Assembly: GCA_040954595.2 (NCBI GenBank)
Contig: CM082582.2
Span: forward strand, 10,903,483-10,967,482
Length of the DNA stretch: 64,000 nucleotides
Reading direction: 5' to 3'
Source of the DNA: Balanoglossus misakiensis
Lineage: Eukaryota; Animalia; Hemichordata
Both the position numbers and the translations under genes were made by a program. The notes under the pieces were generated by a model. The model ran no database searches. It was given only the letters and a program-made list of their open reading frames with translations, and was not told the origin of the DNA. Below, piece by piece: positions 52,023 to 64,000 of the stretch. Within the stretch, counting starts at the first letter, position 1. Every line of letters begins with the position of its first letter.

Positions 52023-54073
52023 CTAGCTTGATTGTTGAGTACTGCCAGACGTGTGCTCTTCTGTTACCACGGCGATACTTGAAAGTGTCTCTGAGATAAG
52101 TTTTAACATGTCCAAACCTTGCAACAATTGCCTGTGGTAAGATGGAGAGAAATAACACTGAAGTTAGAAGAATGCTTATTTCACTGTGTTTTGGAATCAG
52201 CAAAGCTGTTCTGCACTTATGAGATCAGGTATTGGCCCTTCCATTCATGGCTATGACTGGACAGTATGAGAAGACACACAATGAAATCTCTATACCTGAT
52301 TGCTGGTTCGGCTGTTGTAGCACCAACGGATAATTTTTCGGCAGCAGTCAGAGCAGTCTGTGTGATGGCGTTCACACTGATTCGTTCAGCTTCCAACTGT
52401 TGTTTCTCTGCACCGAGAGCAGACATCTGACCCTGGTTAAAGTAAAATCCAAGAAACTAATTACTGCTTTTCCAGTATTTGCCACTGATCAGGAAATTTG
52501 CCCAGCTAATCCTCTAATAGGCTTATACCAGATTCGCATAGTTTTTCAGGGGGATAAAACCCAAAAGCTCAATCCAACCTTTAAAGCTTTGACTTCTTGT
52601 TTGAGTTGTGTCACCATGGTTTCCGCCGCGACAGCTCTGGTCTGGAAAGAAACGCACATATGATTACTGAAATCTACAAAGGATACATGAAACAAACAAC
52701 AGAGAACCAGTTATAGGACTAGTGAACGATTACTTTGATGGAACTTACTGTTGTTAATTTGAGATTCTGTTCGACTTGATGTACCATGTTTTCAAGAGCT
52801 TGGGTGTCCTCAGCTTCTCGTTGGTGTACTTTCTTCATCTCCTTGAGCATAGCTGCAACTCTGAAAGACACAATGGGTGTTTTTTCAACACATTCAGTAT
52901 GTGTACTGGTGATTTAGAGTCAGACAGTGAGATACCCTACAGAAAGGTGTGTGTTTTTGTCAGCCAGTGCTTTGCACCACCAACATACAAAAAGACACAT
53001 CTTTCAACAGATTTTATTTTGAATACCGGTCTGATTCCTTTGTAGCAGCATTCTGTGCATCTTTTAGATCTCTCTTCAAAACTTTGTTCTCTTCCTTCAC
53101 CCTCTTCATTTTGACAATGATCTCCTCTTTACTCAGAGTTTCAAGGTCATCAGGGTCATCCAGATCAGCGAAAATATCCGGCAGTTCGCTGATCTTTTTC
53201 CGGCGTCCGAATTTTTGTGGGAAGACGTCGACCAGTGTGGTGTCCACAGCAGATTCTGTTGGCAGGGATGTGGAGTCAAAATCTGTCCTTCCGATTGTTG
53301 GCTGGATGTTTCCTCCAGAGAAATGTTCATTGTGAAAATTGGGAAGTGGTCCATCAATGCTTAAGTCTTCTTCATCCTGAAAAAAAATCCTGGACTTTGT
53401 TAATGCCTGGATGATATTCCCGAGTGCAAAAAAATCAAATCTCTGAACATTCCCATAATTTCACTGTTACTGTTGCTAAATTCACTGAAATAACCATCCT
53501 TACCTGAGATGACGACGACGAACCTGAACTTGAATGTTTTGCATCTTTCTTCAGAAAGCGTTTAAATGAAAATGGATTGCTTTGTTCTCCTGATTTACAC
53601 AGCTCTGAAAAATAACAATAAATCAAATCATTTTGGGATGAAAGTCATAGTACACCTGGTTTGGGGTGGGAGTTTGGGGGGTGTGGTCGAGGGGGCGGGG
53701 TCACTATTCTGTTTACATTTTCGGTCCTCATCTTCGAATCGGGTATGTCGATTAATGTGTCTGAGTCCCAGGGTTAATACCGACTGACAAGTTTTATTTT
53801 ACCTGATGGATTCCGTTCACTCAGTCCCAAATCGTGATCCAGGTTCTGTTTGTTATCGTCTGTTGTTGATCGGGTGCCGGTGGATGTCCCTGCGACCGGC
53901 ATTTCATCGCTGAATATGTCGACAAATTTACCCGCGTCATTTTTACCCTTCTTTTTCTTGGATTTCTTTCCCGTTGTATTTTTGGACTTGGTTGAGGTCT
54001 GTTTCATAAATATGTCAAAGGAGAACGGATTCTCTTCGTCCGATACACTTCCGCCTTCTTCGCCCTCCATCAT
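52023..54073 (-). CDS. ENTR1: Endosome-associated trafficking regulator 1 (SDCCAG3), 7 exons
   Basis: MMEGEEGG...ENPFSFDIFMK (exon 53803-54073), SNPFSFKRFLK (53504-53604), ELPDIF, and the C-terminal coiled coil EAEDTQALENMVHQVEQNLKLTT|TRAVAAETMVTQLKQEVKALK, which matches the ENTR1 pattern. Stop TAG at 52023-52025; minus-strand AATAAA at ~51669-51674. Confidence 0.85.
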
Positions 54074-54458
54074 GAAATTGATCAAAACGAGGCTTTGGGT
54101 GATCCTCGTGACCTTTTCGTGACCCGAGAATTTTGCGGTGTACCATACCACTGGGTTAGTACATAAAACACAAACACATAAAATGAGTAATAAAAATAGG
54201 GCAGAAACAACAACTGCGAAATTATCAGTTATAATATACGTTACTACTAGCTGCAATTTAGCTACCTACATGTAATCTCTGCACTGAGAATGCTCACCTC
54301 CCCTCCCAAAATCTAGTGGTCGAACCCTAGTTATCGGGAGATGTTTGTTTGCATTCAAGCGCGCCACAAGGGTTGAAAGGTCACGCCCATCTTTCAACGA
54401 CCGCTGCTGCGTGGCGTAAACACTAGAGGAGAAGGCTGCAGGTTTGACGAAAAATACG
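54074..54458. promoter_or_regulatory. Compact bidirectional promoter ENTR1 / AGXT2
   Basis: Only 385 bp lie between the divergent start codons (54073 minus, 54459 plus). Confidence 0.65.
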
Positions 54459-57400
54459 ATGGCATCGTTGTGGAGACAGACTTTCAGGCTACAATGGCCA
54501 AGAATTCTAGCTTACAGCAGTAAGTGCAGATGTTGTTGACATCCATTGACCGTTATAAACGCGTGATTTGTGTACACTGTATTCATGCATCAATTTCACG
54601 TCACAGTTTTGTTTACAATGGCGCCCCCCCCCCTCAGCTCCCTGCATGCATTGTGTCACCATAAAAACAGTGGACACGCAGTGATAATGATGGTTTGCAA
54701 CAAGTTTAATCGCCGTGTTCGACTAAAGAAGATGATCTCCATTATCTTTACTTTACTAATCTGATTTTCAATGTAGCCTAGCCCCCCCCCCCCCTTTCCC
54801 AGAGACAGGTGTGTAGTAGAAATGGACAGTGGTGTGCATTGCTATTCAAAGTGCATCGTGTAGAGAAGACCCCCGAGAATGACTGCACTTATAAATAATG
54901 AATAATAATTATGAGTTCTTACATAGCATGCGTATCCAAGTAAATGTGCCCAAGGTGCTTTATAATGCGTAATTTAATTCCACTCAACTACCTGGGGGAT
55001 ACCTGAGGAGTAAACAACAGCTCACTTGTGCAATGCAATTGAGCTAAACATTCATGATATACATACATGTACAACGGTCTCTGTACTATCCAGGTGCCCA
55101 TAACACTGTACCTTGAACCCTTGATCTTATGACCTTGAGTCCACTGCTCTAGCCACTGGGACATACAAATATTGTAATCAGCACAACTTAATAGAAACTT
55201 GTTACATTGGAATGTTTACACTGTAATGTATTTTTTTCTTCATCTTGTGTTTTTAACTCAGCTGCAGCTGGGCTTCCAGAAATGCCTGCCTGTGATTTCA
55301 AACCAGAGCCGTACACAGTAAGTTATCACTTGTTGTATACATACGTCATTCGAATACAGTCAAATGTATATAAATCAAGCAAAAAATCCCATGATGGATA
55401 CTGGACTATGTAATTGTAAGTGTATCAGCTGTTACCGGAAAACGGCTATTATTAGATTTTAGGACATGATTTATTGACTTCACTGGAAGCTAAGAGGAGC
55501 TTGTTTTAATGGCAATGACATGTATATAGCAATATCCATACATTAAATTGTCTGGGAACTTGAAGTTGCATAAATTGATCAACTCAGGTTTTCATGGTCT
55601 GGTTGTAATTTGCAGCTGTTGTGGTTGCACTGTAATGCTGGAAAGATCATAGATTTTGGTGCTAACCCCTGCAGCCCCAACATGAGCATTGTTTAGATTC
55701 TGGGTCAGTCAGACAAAGTACGGGATAAACATTGCTGGTCTTGTCATAAATCTCTGGTACCATTTAAAACTCATAGGGCAGGAGTGGGGGAGTGCTAAAC
55801 GGACAAATGATTTACCGGAAGTATGAGAAAAACGAAAGTCATTTCTCACATGAATAATGTCTAAGGTTAGCAAGTCCCCCTGGTGAATTATTGAAGCCCG
55901 TAGCCATTCAATTAAAGCCATTTGTAATGGTGTATTTTCTTTCCACCAGGGACTGAGCTTTGAAGATGCCAAGAATATTAGAAAAGGAAAGCTCCATCCA
56001 AGCCTGTTGACTTACTACAGAGAACCTGTCTATGCAACCCAGGGTCACATGCAGTGGCTGTTTGATGATACAGGCAGGCGTTATCTCGACCTGTTTGCTG
56101 GAATTGTCACCGTCAGTGTGGGACACTGCCATCCGTAAGTGTCAACGCTCTGCCTGTGATCTCTGTAGTACACTGCACTCTACACATAGTGATTGATTAC
56201 CTTTTTTATTTCTTCAGAAAAGTACATGCTGCACTGGATGCACAACTGAAGAAACTATGGCACACAACTAACATCTATATGCATCCCAAAATTCATGAAT
56301 ATGCAGATCGCCTCACCGAAAAACTGCCTGGAGATCTCAAGGTAATACATGTACCTGTGTTGGAAAACTTCAGTACATCTCTCCTTTATACAAGGACGAC
56401 TGTAAAACTGAATTATGCAAAATTATTGTTTTAAAAATTTTCCCCACTCTATTTATCTACAGGTTGTGTATTTTGTCAACAGTGGGTCTGAAGCAAACGA
56501 CTTGGCAATGCTTATGGCCAGATTGCATACAGGCTGTTTTGACATTGTTTCTCTGAGGTAAGTATGACTTTTTCTCATCAAGTATATGTCATTTTGAAAG
56601 TCTGAAAATGTATAACTTATAGAAAACATGTTTTGGTGGAGGGATGCTGTGATAATGAACTGTGCTGTATGTGACTTCTGAAAGTCCCTAATTTCTGATA
56701 CCTCAGCACTCGAACATTCATCTGTGCTTCTCTACGATACAGGAATGCATACCACGGCATGAGTCCCTACACCTTTGGTCTGACTGCCCTGGGAAACTGG
56801 CACTTCAACGTCGCCACCGGCTTTGGCATTCACAACACCATGAATCCGGATGTTTTCCGTGGCCCTTGGGGTGGTTCCCACTGTCGGGATTCGCCAGTGC
56901 AGGTGAGACTGGGAAACTGCCAATCAAGGAATGTGTTTGCCTGGATTTTTTTGGCACAATATTTAGAAGCAGTGTATAATTAATGATATCTGAATTGTGT
57001 CTCTGACAGACTATTAGGAAGTGTGATTGTGCAGCTGGTCAGTGCGTTGCAAGTGACAACTACATTGAGCAACTGAAAGATGTACTGCGACATACTTGCG
57101 GCAAAAAAGTGGCTGGATTCTTTGCTGAACCAATACAGGTAAGTCAGTTTCGGTGTGGATGTCTTTGCGTTCTGTACTGTCCTGCAGTGTACTGTACTGT
57201 ACTGCAACATATTGTGCTGTGTTGTATGACACTGCATTGTCTTGATGTTTTCTACAGGGTGTGGGAGGCGCAGTGCAGTACCCAAAGGGTTTCTTGAAAG
57301 GTGCTTACGAAGCAGTGCGAGAGAAAGGTGGCGTGTGCATTGCAGATGAGGTTCAGACTGGCTTCGGTAGATTGGGGTCCCATTACTGGGGATTTGAGAC

Positions 57401-58781
57401 CCACGGTGTCGTGCCGGACATCGGTAAGTCATTTTGCTGTGAAGCAGTGTGCGTACATCACACAATACATCGTAGGTACTGCACATTCGTTCAAATGTAG
57501 ATCAAAATGCTGTGATATTTGGGAAGCCCTGCCGTCAGAAAAATAAGTTACATAGAGGCTGTTTTAGTGATGTGGCCATTTTGAATGTCTCATTGTTAAT
57601 AGAATCCTTTCTTTCACAGTGAGTATGGCTAAGGGTATGGGCAATGGATTCCCCATGGCTGCTGTTGTAACAACCCCAGGTATGTACCTGCCATCTCATT
57701 TTCTACCAAGAGAGTAATAGTGCAGTTTATATATGAGTAAACTGGACTGGGCCGTAGCTAGTGTAAAGCTGTATTCATATGTCAGACACTGAAATCTTTT
57801 CTCTTTCCTCCATCAGAAATTGCCCAAAGCATGTCTGGTGTTTTGCATTTCAACACATTTGGTGGTAACCCCATGTCCAGCGCTGTAGGCACAGCTGTCC
57901 TTGAGGTAAGATGTCCCCTGATTCCCTATGTTCAACTTCACAAATGTTTGTTGTATTTTTTCCAACCTTTGCACATCTAATGCAAGATTTTGGCTACAAT
58001 TTATTAATGGGCTTCTGGCTTCTGCCTTCCCTAGGTTCTTGAGGAGGAGCAGTTGCAAGCCAACTGCAAGAACGTGGGCACATACTTTCTGGAAGAGCTG
58101 GCCAAGATCCGAGATGAATTCCAAATAGTTGGCGATGTCCGCGGGAAAGGTCTTATGATTGGCGTGGAGCTGGTCACTGACAAAGTAAGTATTATGGGAT
58201 AGTTTGGGTATGGTGGCATGTTTCATATGTTGAGGGAGCTGTTTAGTTTATTTTTCGCCAGAAACAAGTGTGTTCCTACCCTCAAGACTACCAACTTTGA
58301 TCAGGATTCTTGTTTTTCCATCGTGTTGTAGGAAAGTCGCAACCCCCTCCCTGCTGATCAAGTGGGTGATGTCTGGGAAGACATGAAGGATATGGGGGTG
58401 TTAGTCGGAAAAGGTGGACTGTATGGAACGGTGAGTGTTTTTATAGCGGTGATATTTTCTATGAGCATTTTAGGAGAGAAAGCACAATTTTCTTCAGACA
58501 TTTTCGCATGAGGAAAGAGTGTTTTAAATTTCAGGTCTGTTGGTGTGTAATTAGAGAGAATGTGAGAACTGTTTTGATAAATGACAATATGAGGACACAT
58601 ACATGTAATGTACAAGATTTTTCCTAAATTATGCAGATAGGTTTAAGTGTTTCTGTCGTATTTGTGTATGCAGGCGCTTCGTATCAAACCACCAATGTGC
58701 ATCACGAGAGAGGACGTTGATTTTGGTGTGGCCATCATGCGCAGGGCCCTGCAGAACCACAAGGAAAAGTACGGTTTATAG
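54459..58781 (+). CDS. AGXT2: Alanine-glyoxylate aminotransferase 2, mitochondrial (class III PLP aminotransferase), ~13 exons
   Basis: Arg-rich presequence-like exon 54459-54519 ([20 protein letters not shown]), then [100 protein letters not shown] lysine [42 protein letters not shown]; stop TAG 58779-58781. Confidence 0.95.
57170..57240. repeat. Degenerate (CTGTA/CTGTG)n pentanucleotide microsatellite in an AGXT2 intron
   Basis: tctgtactgtcctgcagtgtactgtactgtactgcaacatattgtgctgtgttgtatgacactgcattgt. Confidence 0.65.
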
Positions 58782-61700
58782 AAGCAGATTCACCAAGCAA
58801 GAGAAATTCTGAAAGTCCAGTCCGGAAGCATTGCATTGTTTAAGAGGGCTCATGTTGAACTAAGCTTGTCTTAGTTTTGTACCATTGTGATAAGCATTGC
58901 TCAGCGACAAAATTCACCTCTCATGAAAAGAGCTTAGCGGTGTAAACCAACAATTCTTATTATACTTACTGCAGGCATCCAAATTGGGTTATCAAAACAA
59001 ACAACAAAAGACCAATAATCTGAATCAAATCTGTCCAAAGAAAATGGTGCAAAATCATTATTGTTTTTCTGTTACCAGTACTTACACCAAAACAATATCT
59101 TTTGGCATGTACATGATTGAATGTGCTATGTATGTGCCCTTCAAAATACTGCCTTGGAAGTTGTGGACACAGAAGAAGATTTATAGTTTGAAAAGTCAGT
59201 TTTCGAAACCTCCCTCCCCCTGCAATCCCCCCCCCCCAATCCCACCAACCCCATTTCGATATCCTGCTTGAAACAAACACTTACACACCTCACACCTAGA
59301 GAATTACAAATCACCCCATAACCCTACACCACTGTCACATAATGATTGCTTGTTTTGTGTGGAAAGTCCAGATACTATTTTTTTTCTCAAAGTGCCTTCC
59401 TCCAGAAACCGAATCGCTATGGTGTGTGAAGGAAGATACAATAATTTGACATGTAGTGATTTATTTGTGAAGATTTAGATATAATAGACTCGTATTATGT
59501 TTGCTGTGGGAGAGGGACAAGGTATGGCCAAATTGCTTATCCATGGTAGACAGGGTATTTTGATTATCATTACTTTCAAGGCTATTTTTTTTCGAGTCAT
59601 TTTTCTACGCGTTCATGGCTACTCCTACAGAATAGGTGGAACTTTTACTTGTGTAAATCTTGCCTGTTAATCTTTTTTTTTAATTTGATTAATGGTTTTG
59701 TGTGTGAGGCTTATAAATCTGCCGCACTCGGGTTTAATTCAAAACTGAACTCTAACTGACATTGCAATTCAGATAGGTGGGTTTCGAATTTTAGGGTTAG
59801 GGATGAACGAATATACCTGAATCCAACCTGTTGTGTCCAACAGAGGGCGCTCTTTCATTTCCCATTGATCCACTTTTAAAATTTCGACTAAATAAGTATA
59901 GACTAGATTTAATGTAGAGTATTGTGTATATATAACTATAGAAGGATAATATATAGAGCTATTCTAACAAACTAATTATTATAGTAGTAGTCATGCATGG
60001 TAAGTATTTGAATACCTTGAAAGCAAATAAGGGCCTGTATAATTTTAATAAAATGATGGATAACCAGATGAGCGTCTGAATTTTGCTTTGTCTTATAATG
60101 TGTGTGTTCACAATGTGAACCCTCACTGCTTGAAATCGCCTCAATCCGATTAGAAGGTAGAAAAAAAAACATTTTCAGACTTATCAGCGAAAATGAATAT
60201 TTAATGTAGACTTCATGAAAAGGCATGGATGCGTCTTTTTGTTCTTTCTGATATGACTAACGTCATACGCATCAGATTACCCTGTTTCAAAAGAAACCGA
60301 GAGTCAAGTTCACGAATCACCAGAGAACGCAGTGACGTCCAATGCCTCCCTCCCTTGGATCTGTCGTCATGGGAGCAGTGCGCACGCACCCACAAAACCC
60401 ACAAACCAGGGACAGGCCAATATAGATATGAGATATGGCAGAGGTCGCTCTCACACATACGCGTTGACGCAGAGTCCCTCTCTGGGGATGTAATTATGGC
60501 AACGCCCTCGTCCGAAGGGAGGGAGTGTTGACAACGTATGATCTGCGGTACAAGACGTCACAAGGGATCCTTTTTTTGTACTAATAATGAGATTAACAAA
60601 ATTTCAGCATTGTTTGCTGCAGCTCAGAGGCCTTGATAGCTTTCACTTTTGTTAATGGTTTCAATGGTTTCGTATTTGGTAACACTTTTTTTAGTCGGCA
60701 AACTTCCGCTACGATCATCTGTGACGTTAGATATCATAGCGAGTTTGAACCAGATGGTGAATTTCCAAGTTCAATTTGCTGCGATTTCAAGTGAAATGTT
60801 CAGTATTCTGTGTGTATTCGCTCCACATTGTCGTTCAGTCTGACGTATGAAGGCCAAAACTCGTGGCTGAGCACTGACAACGGCCAAATGTCACAGTGAA
60901 AGCCAGACATCGAGTTGAAAGACTGTCTCAAGTGTGGAACATCTGGCCGGCATGAGTTTTGCAAACGTGATTAGCCACCGTTCGGCACAATTCGGTTTCT
61001 CGGTGAAAAAATGTGCGCTTTTGTGAACACCCGTCAATCATATTGGCGCGTGTATTATACATTGCGATGAGCAAATGATCTGTGCAGAGAAGAGCAGGCA
61101 ATTTCCTACTAATCGGTCGATGGATAGATTCTAGAGGCATATTACAGAGATTGTCATAAAATAGTACTTCTGAACAAATCTACGTCTAAAATTGGAAATT
61201 TCACATGGCAAATAGAAATGATTGCATCCGTCAAAAAGCGGGAAATTGGTTATAAGTTGAAGTAGGGAACACAAGTATGCAAGATTATGGTTTTTAAATC
61301 CAGGATTGTGTATGAAATATGCAAATTAGGCTAACGACATGCACACAGTGGACTCACTCTTTCGTGTTAACACTTCGTTCAAAATACTCGGGTATCAGTA
61401 ATTTTCCTCCGGGGAAAGTGTAGAGATCATTGGACATTTTCTCAAGACTTATTTACTGTCGAAAACCCACTTGAGGGTAGACTAGCCGACATTGTAGGGT
61501 GCCCGCGTAATATTTTCGGGGCCCAGAAATAAAATCGCTGGGCACTCCAGGTGGCGTTGACAGAATGCGCGGGTGTTCAACGTGATAATGTATAGTGCGT
61601 CCAAGTGACATGGCAGGGGACCTCGCCTTGCTACCTATCTACCTCTGTTTGGTGAATCTTCTTCATGTACACCGACGGCCAATTCTTGTTGGTTTTCCAT

Positions 61701-63110
61701 GACGCAGTTGAAATAGTCCAACTTAATTATCGGATTTATGTGGCAGGAAATTGGTTTACTATATCAAATTTCGACGGACAACTCAAGACGGCAATTTCAC
61801 ACACACAATAGGCGAAAGCAAGGTGGATTTAATCAGTGCGCGTACACGATTCGTCCGGGCCTCGTGCAGCTGCAAGCGTTCATTTTGCGTTTGCTTCAAT
61901 CTGTGTGTTTTAGCTTTCCGGGGAGGGGTGATCGACGGGGTCTCGTTGCCTTGACTTCGTTAACAGAACAGGCGTGTTTTGAACATTTGTCAAAATGCTA
62001 GTGTTTCTCTAATGTGTTGATGACGTTCGCAAAACCTCCAATTCTCGCCCCACCGCATACCCAAATACTACACGTTTTTGTCGCGTTACACTTAGGCTAT
62101 TCGCTGCGATCTTGTTCAAATTTGAATAATATGTGAACCATCTGGGATACCGTCATGTCCAAACACAATTTATGATGCAGTGATGATGTCAACGCAAACA
62201 AAGGCTCGAATAATTCCCATTTGTTTCGCCAGGTTTACTTCGCGGGAACTTCAGGTGGTTGGTCCACCACCTATAAGCCCTTAGCCTTTCATCGTGTGTG
62301 CCTTTGCCCGAACTGTCCGACATCAATTACATTTGCGCCTGTAAGCCATCTAGCATATTATCTTTTATGTACAGTTTCGAGTAATGCATTACAAATTATT
62401 CATGTCCGTTGTTAAGTCTTTGCATGCCAATCTTGAGTATAAATGGATGATTGATTTTTGCTTGAGGTAATGGACCGCACGTGCGCACATACGTAGGATA
62501 AGCGAGACTCTAAAAACCTACAAATTATAACGTGGTTGTTACTAGTGCTGGTTCAATGCACGATTGTTGCTACTCAAATTAGGCATATGTGTCTCAGATT
62601 ATTAAATCTTCTCTTTCTCCTCGCCGACTTTGTAAGCCCATTATTTTTGGCTTGAGTCTTAGGAATTTACAGCTTTCACAATTTTCAAATCAAGACGTAC
62701 GTAAAGGCAGGGTGGTTGTGAAAAAAATTGAAATGACCCGGGAATTTCTTAGCTCTATACTTTCGTTCATGATTCGTAAGAAAAATGTCAGTTGGGGACC
62801 GATTGTTGAACGTGAGTGGGCGGTTGTTGGTTATCACCGACATGTTTGGTAACGAAGTCTTCGTGTGCCGGAGCACGCAAACTGCTGGGTCCACGATACT
62901 TCGAGCCACGATATTGTCCCTCGCAGAATCAGTCGCCTTTACTGAGAGACTCTACCACTCTTTAAATCTTGAATTCAGAGAGCCGAGGTTTAAGCGTAAA
63001 TAAAATTCGAAACTTCACCCGAAGCATACTGCGACTTGCACAGAATTCACAGGCGTCACGAAACCACCCAGTGTTGTGTTACGATTCGCCTAATCCCAGT
63101 TCCGTCGTCG

Positions 63111-63137
63111 GTGACGTCACGGCTGGCGTCACGTGAC
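63111..63137. promoter_or_regulatory. Adjacent palindromic CRE (TGACGTCA) and E-box/CLEAR-like (GTCACGTGAC) sites, putative promoter
   Basis: gtgacgtcacggctggcgtcacgtgac, about 130 bp upstream of the candidate ATG at 63268, in a CpG-retaining segment. Confidence 0.4.
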
Positions 63138-63267
63138 AACCCTGTCAGAAAATTAAAATTCTGAAGCCATATGGGCGCACTCAAAGAGTGTTTCGGTTTG
63201 CGCTTAAGAAAGTAACGAAGGGACGTGATAGCATCATTTCGACGCACTCGACGCTGGGAGAGGAAAC

Positions 63268-63307
63268 ATGCTTCTATCTGTTAAGTACTTTGTAGTTCTC
63301 CTAACAG
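63268..63307 (+). CDS. Probable first coding exon (signal-peptide-like) of a gene continuing beyond the window
   Basis: aaacATG CTT CTA TCT GTT AAG TAC TTT GTA GTT CTC CTA ACA G|GTAAGT gives MLLSVKYFVVLLT, with a consensus donor in phase 1 as is typical of signal-peptide exons. No downstream exon was recognised. Confidence 0.4.
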
Positions 63308-64000
63308 GTAAGTCCAAAGCATGATGTATTATCCTTATTTTGGGGGCATTTCATCGCAGTAGCAGCAACTTTGGAATCGTGATATATGTTTTTACCCTTT
63401 AAAAACTCTCTTCGCTGAAACAAGTCTTTGAGAGATTTACGAGAAAAAGAGGAGCGACGGCCAACAGGATTGATGTATTGTAACCGCCGCGTTTTGCAAC
63501 TTTGTACCAGTTGACTTAACACGATAGTCATACCTATCCTTTCTGATCTTGGACTCAAAAACTACCAACTTCGAAGAAAGGTGTTATATCACCTCTTTTA
63601 CCGATTATTCTTCTCCCCAAGCAGAAACAAAAACGAAAATCTCTGGTATGCCTTTCCGTTTTTGATACAACCAAATCCGAGACATGTATAGATAAATAAA
63701 TGCCAGTGTAGATAAATAATAAATTCCAATTCCAAATGGCAAGTTTATGACGCCTGTGCATAGCGACGATATATTTTAATGAAGACGTTCGTAATTCGAT
63801 TCGTAATGAAATGGCTTGATTGGGCTTGCATACATCTGAGTGATTGATCCGTATCGAATGTTTGCATCGGACCAACCACCGGCGTCGAAGACACGCCGAT
63901 CCTTGTTCACGCATAATCATCTTCGGATTTTGCACAGGAAACTACCTATACAATCTCCCGTCAAAGTGGAGTGACCGTTTTACAATGGAAAGCGTTCGTT

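Noticed and set aside
59000-63100. Short ORFs downstream of AGXT2 as a possible mobile element or gene
   Set aside because: No transposase, reverse transcriptase or other motifs, and no terminal repeats recognised; treated as UTR/intergenic sequence.
1-64000. Prokaryotic features (CRISPR array, operons, rRNA/tRNA genes)
   Set aside because: The sequence is spliced eukaryotic DNA; I saw no regularly spaced repeats, tRNA cloverleaf or rRNA-like segment.

Overview
Eukaryotic (bilaterian invertebrate-like, AT-rich, GT-AG spliced) genomic DNA, gene-dense. In order: BOP1 (+, 13 exons), three tandem intronless fatty-acid-binding-protein (FABP/iLBP) genes (-), purine nucleoside phosphorylase PNP (-), CLPTM1L (+, head-to-head with PNP), a ~26-kb, ~45-exon gene for a ~2340-aa coiled-coil protein with a PMFBP1-like C-terminus (+), ENTR1/SDCCAG3 (-), AGXT2 (+, head-to-head with ENTR1) and probably the signal-peptide first exon of a further gene at 63.3 kb. 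The most striking observation is in the coiled-coil gene. 34 consecutive phase-0 exons all encode exactly 7n codons (26 exons) or 7n+4 codons (8 exons), so the exons are quantised to the heptad register. Candidate 4- and 3-codon microexons, RBFOX motif clusters and RFX X-boxes suggest a rod whose length and register can be tuned by splicing. Exon boundaries were read by hand and gene identities come from recalled family motifs; no searches were run.
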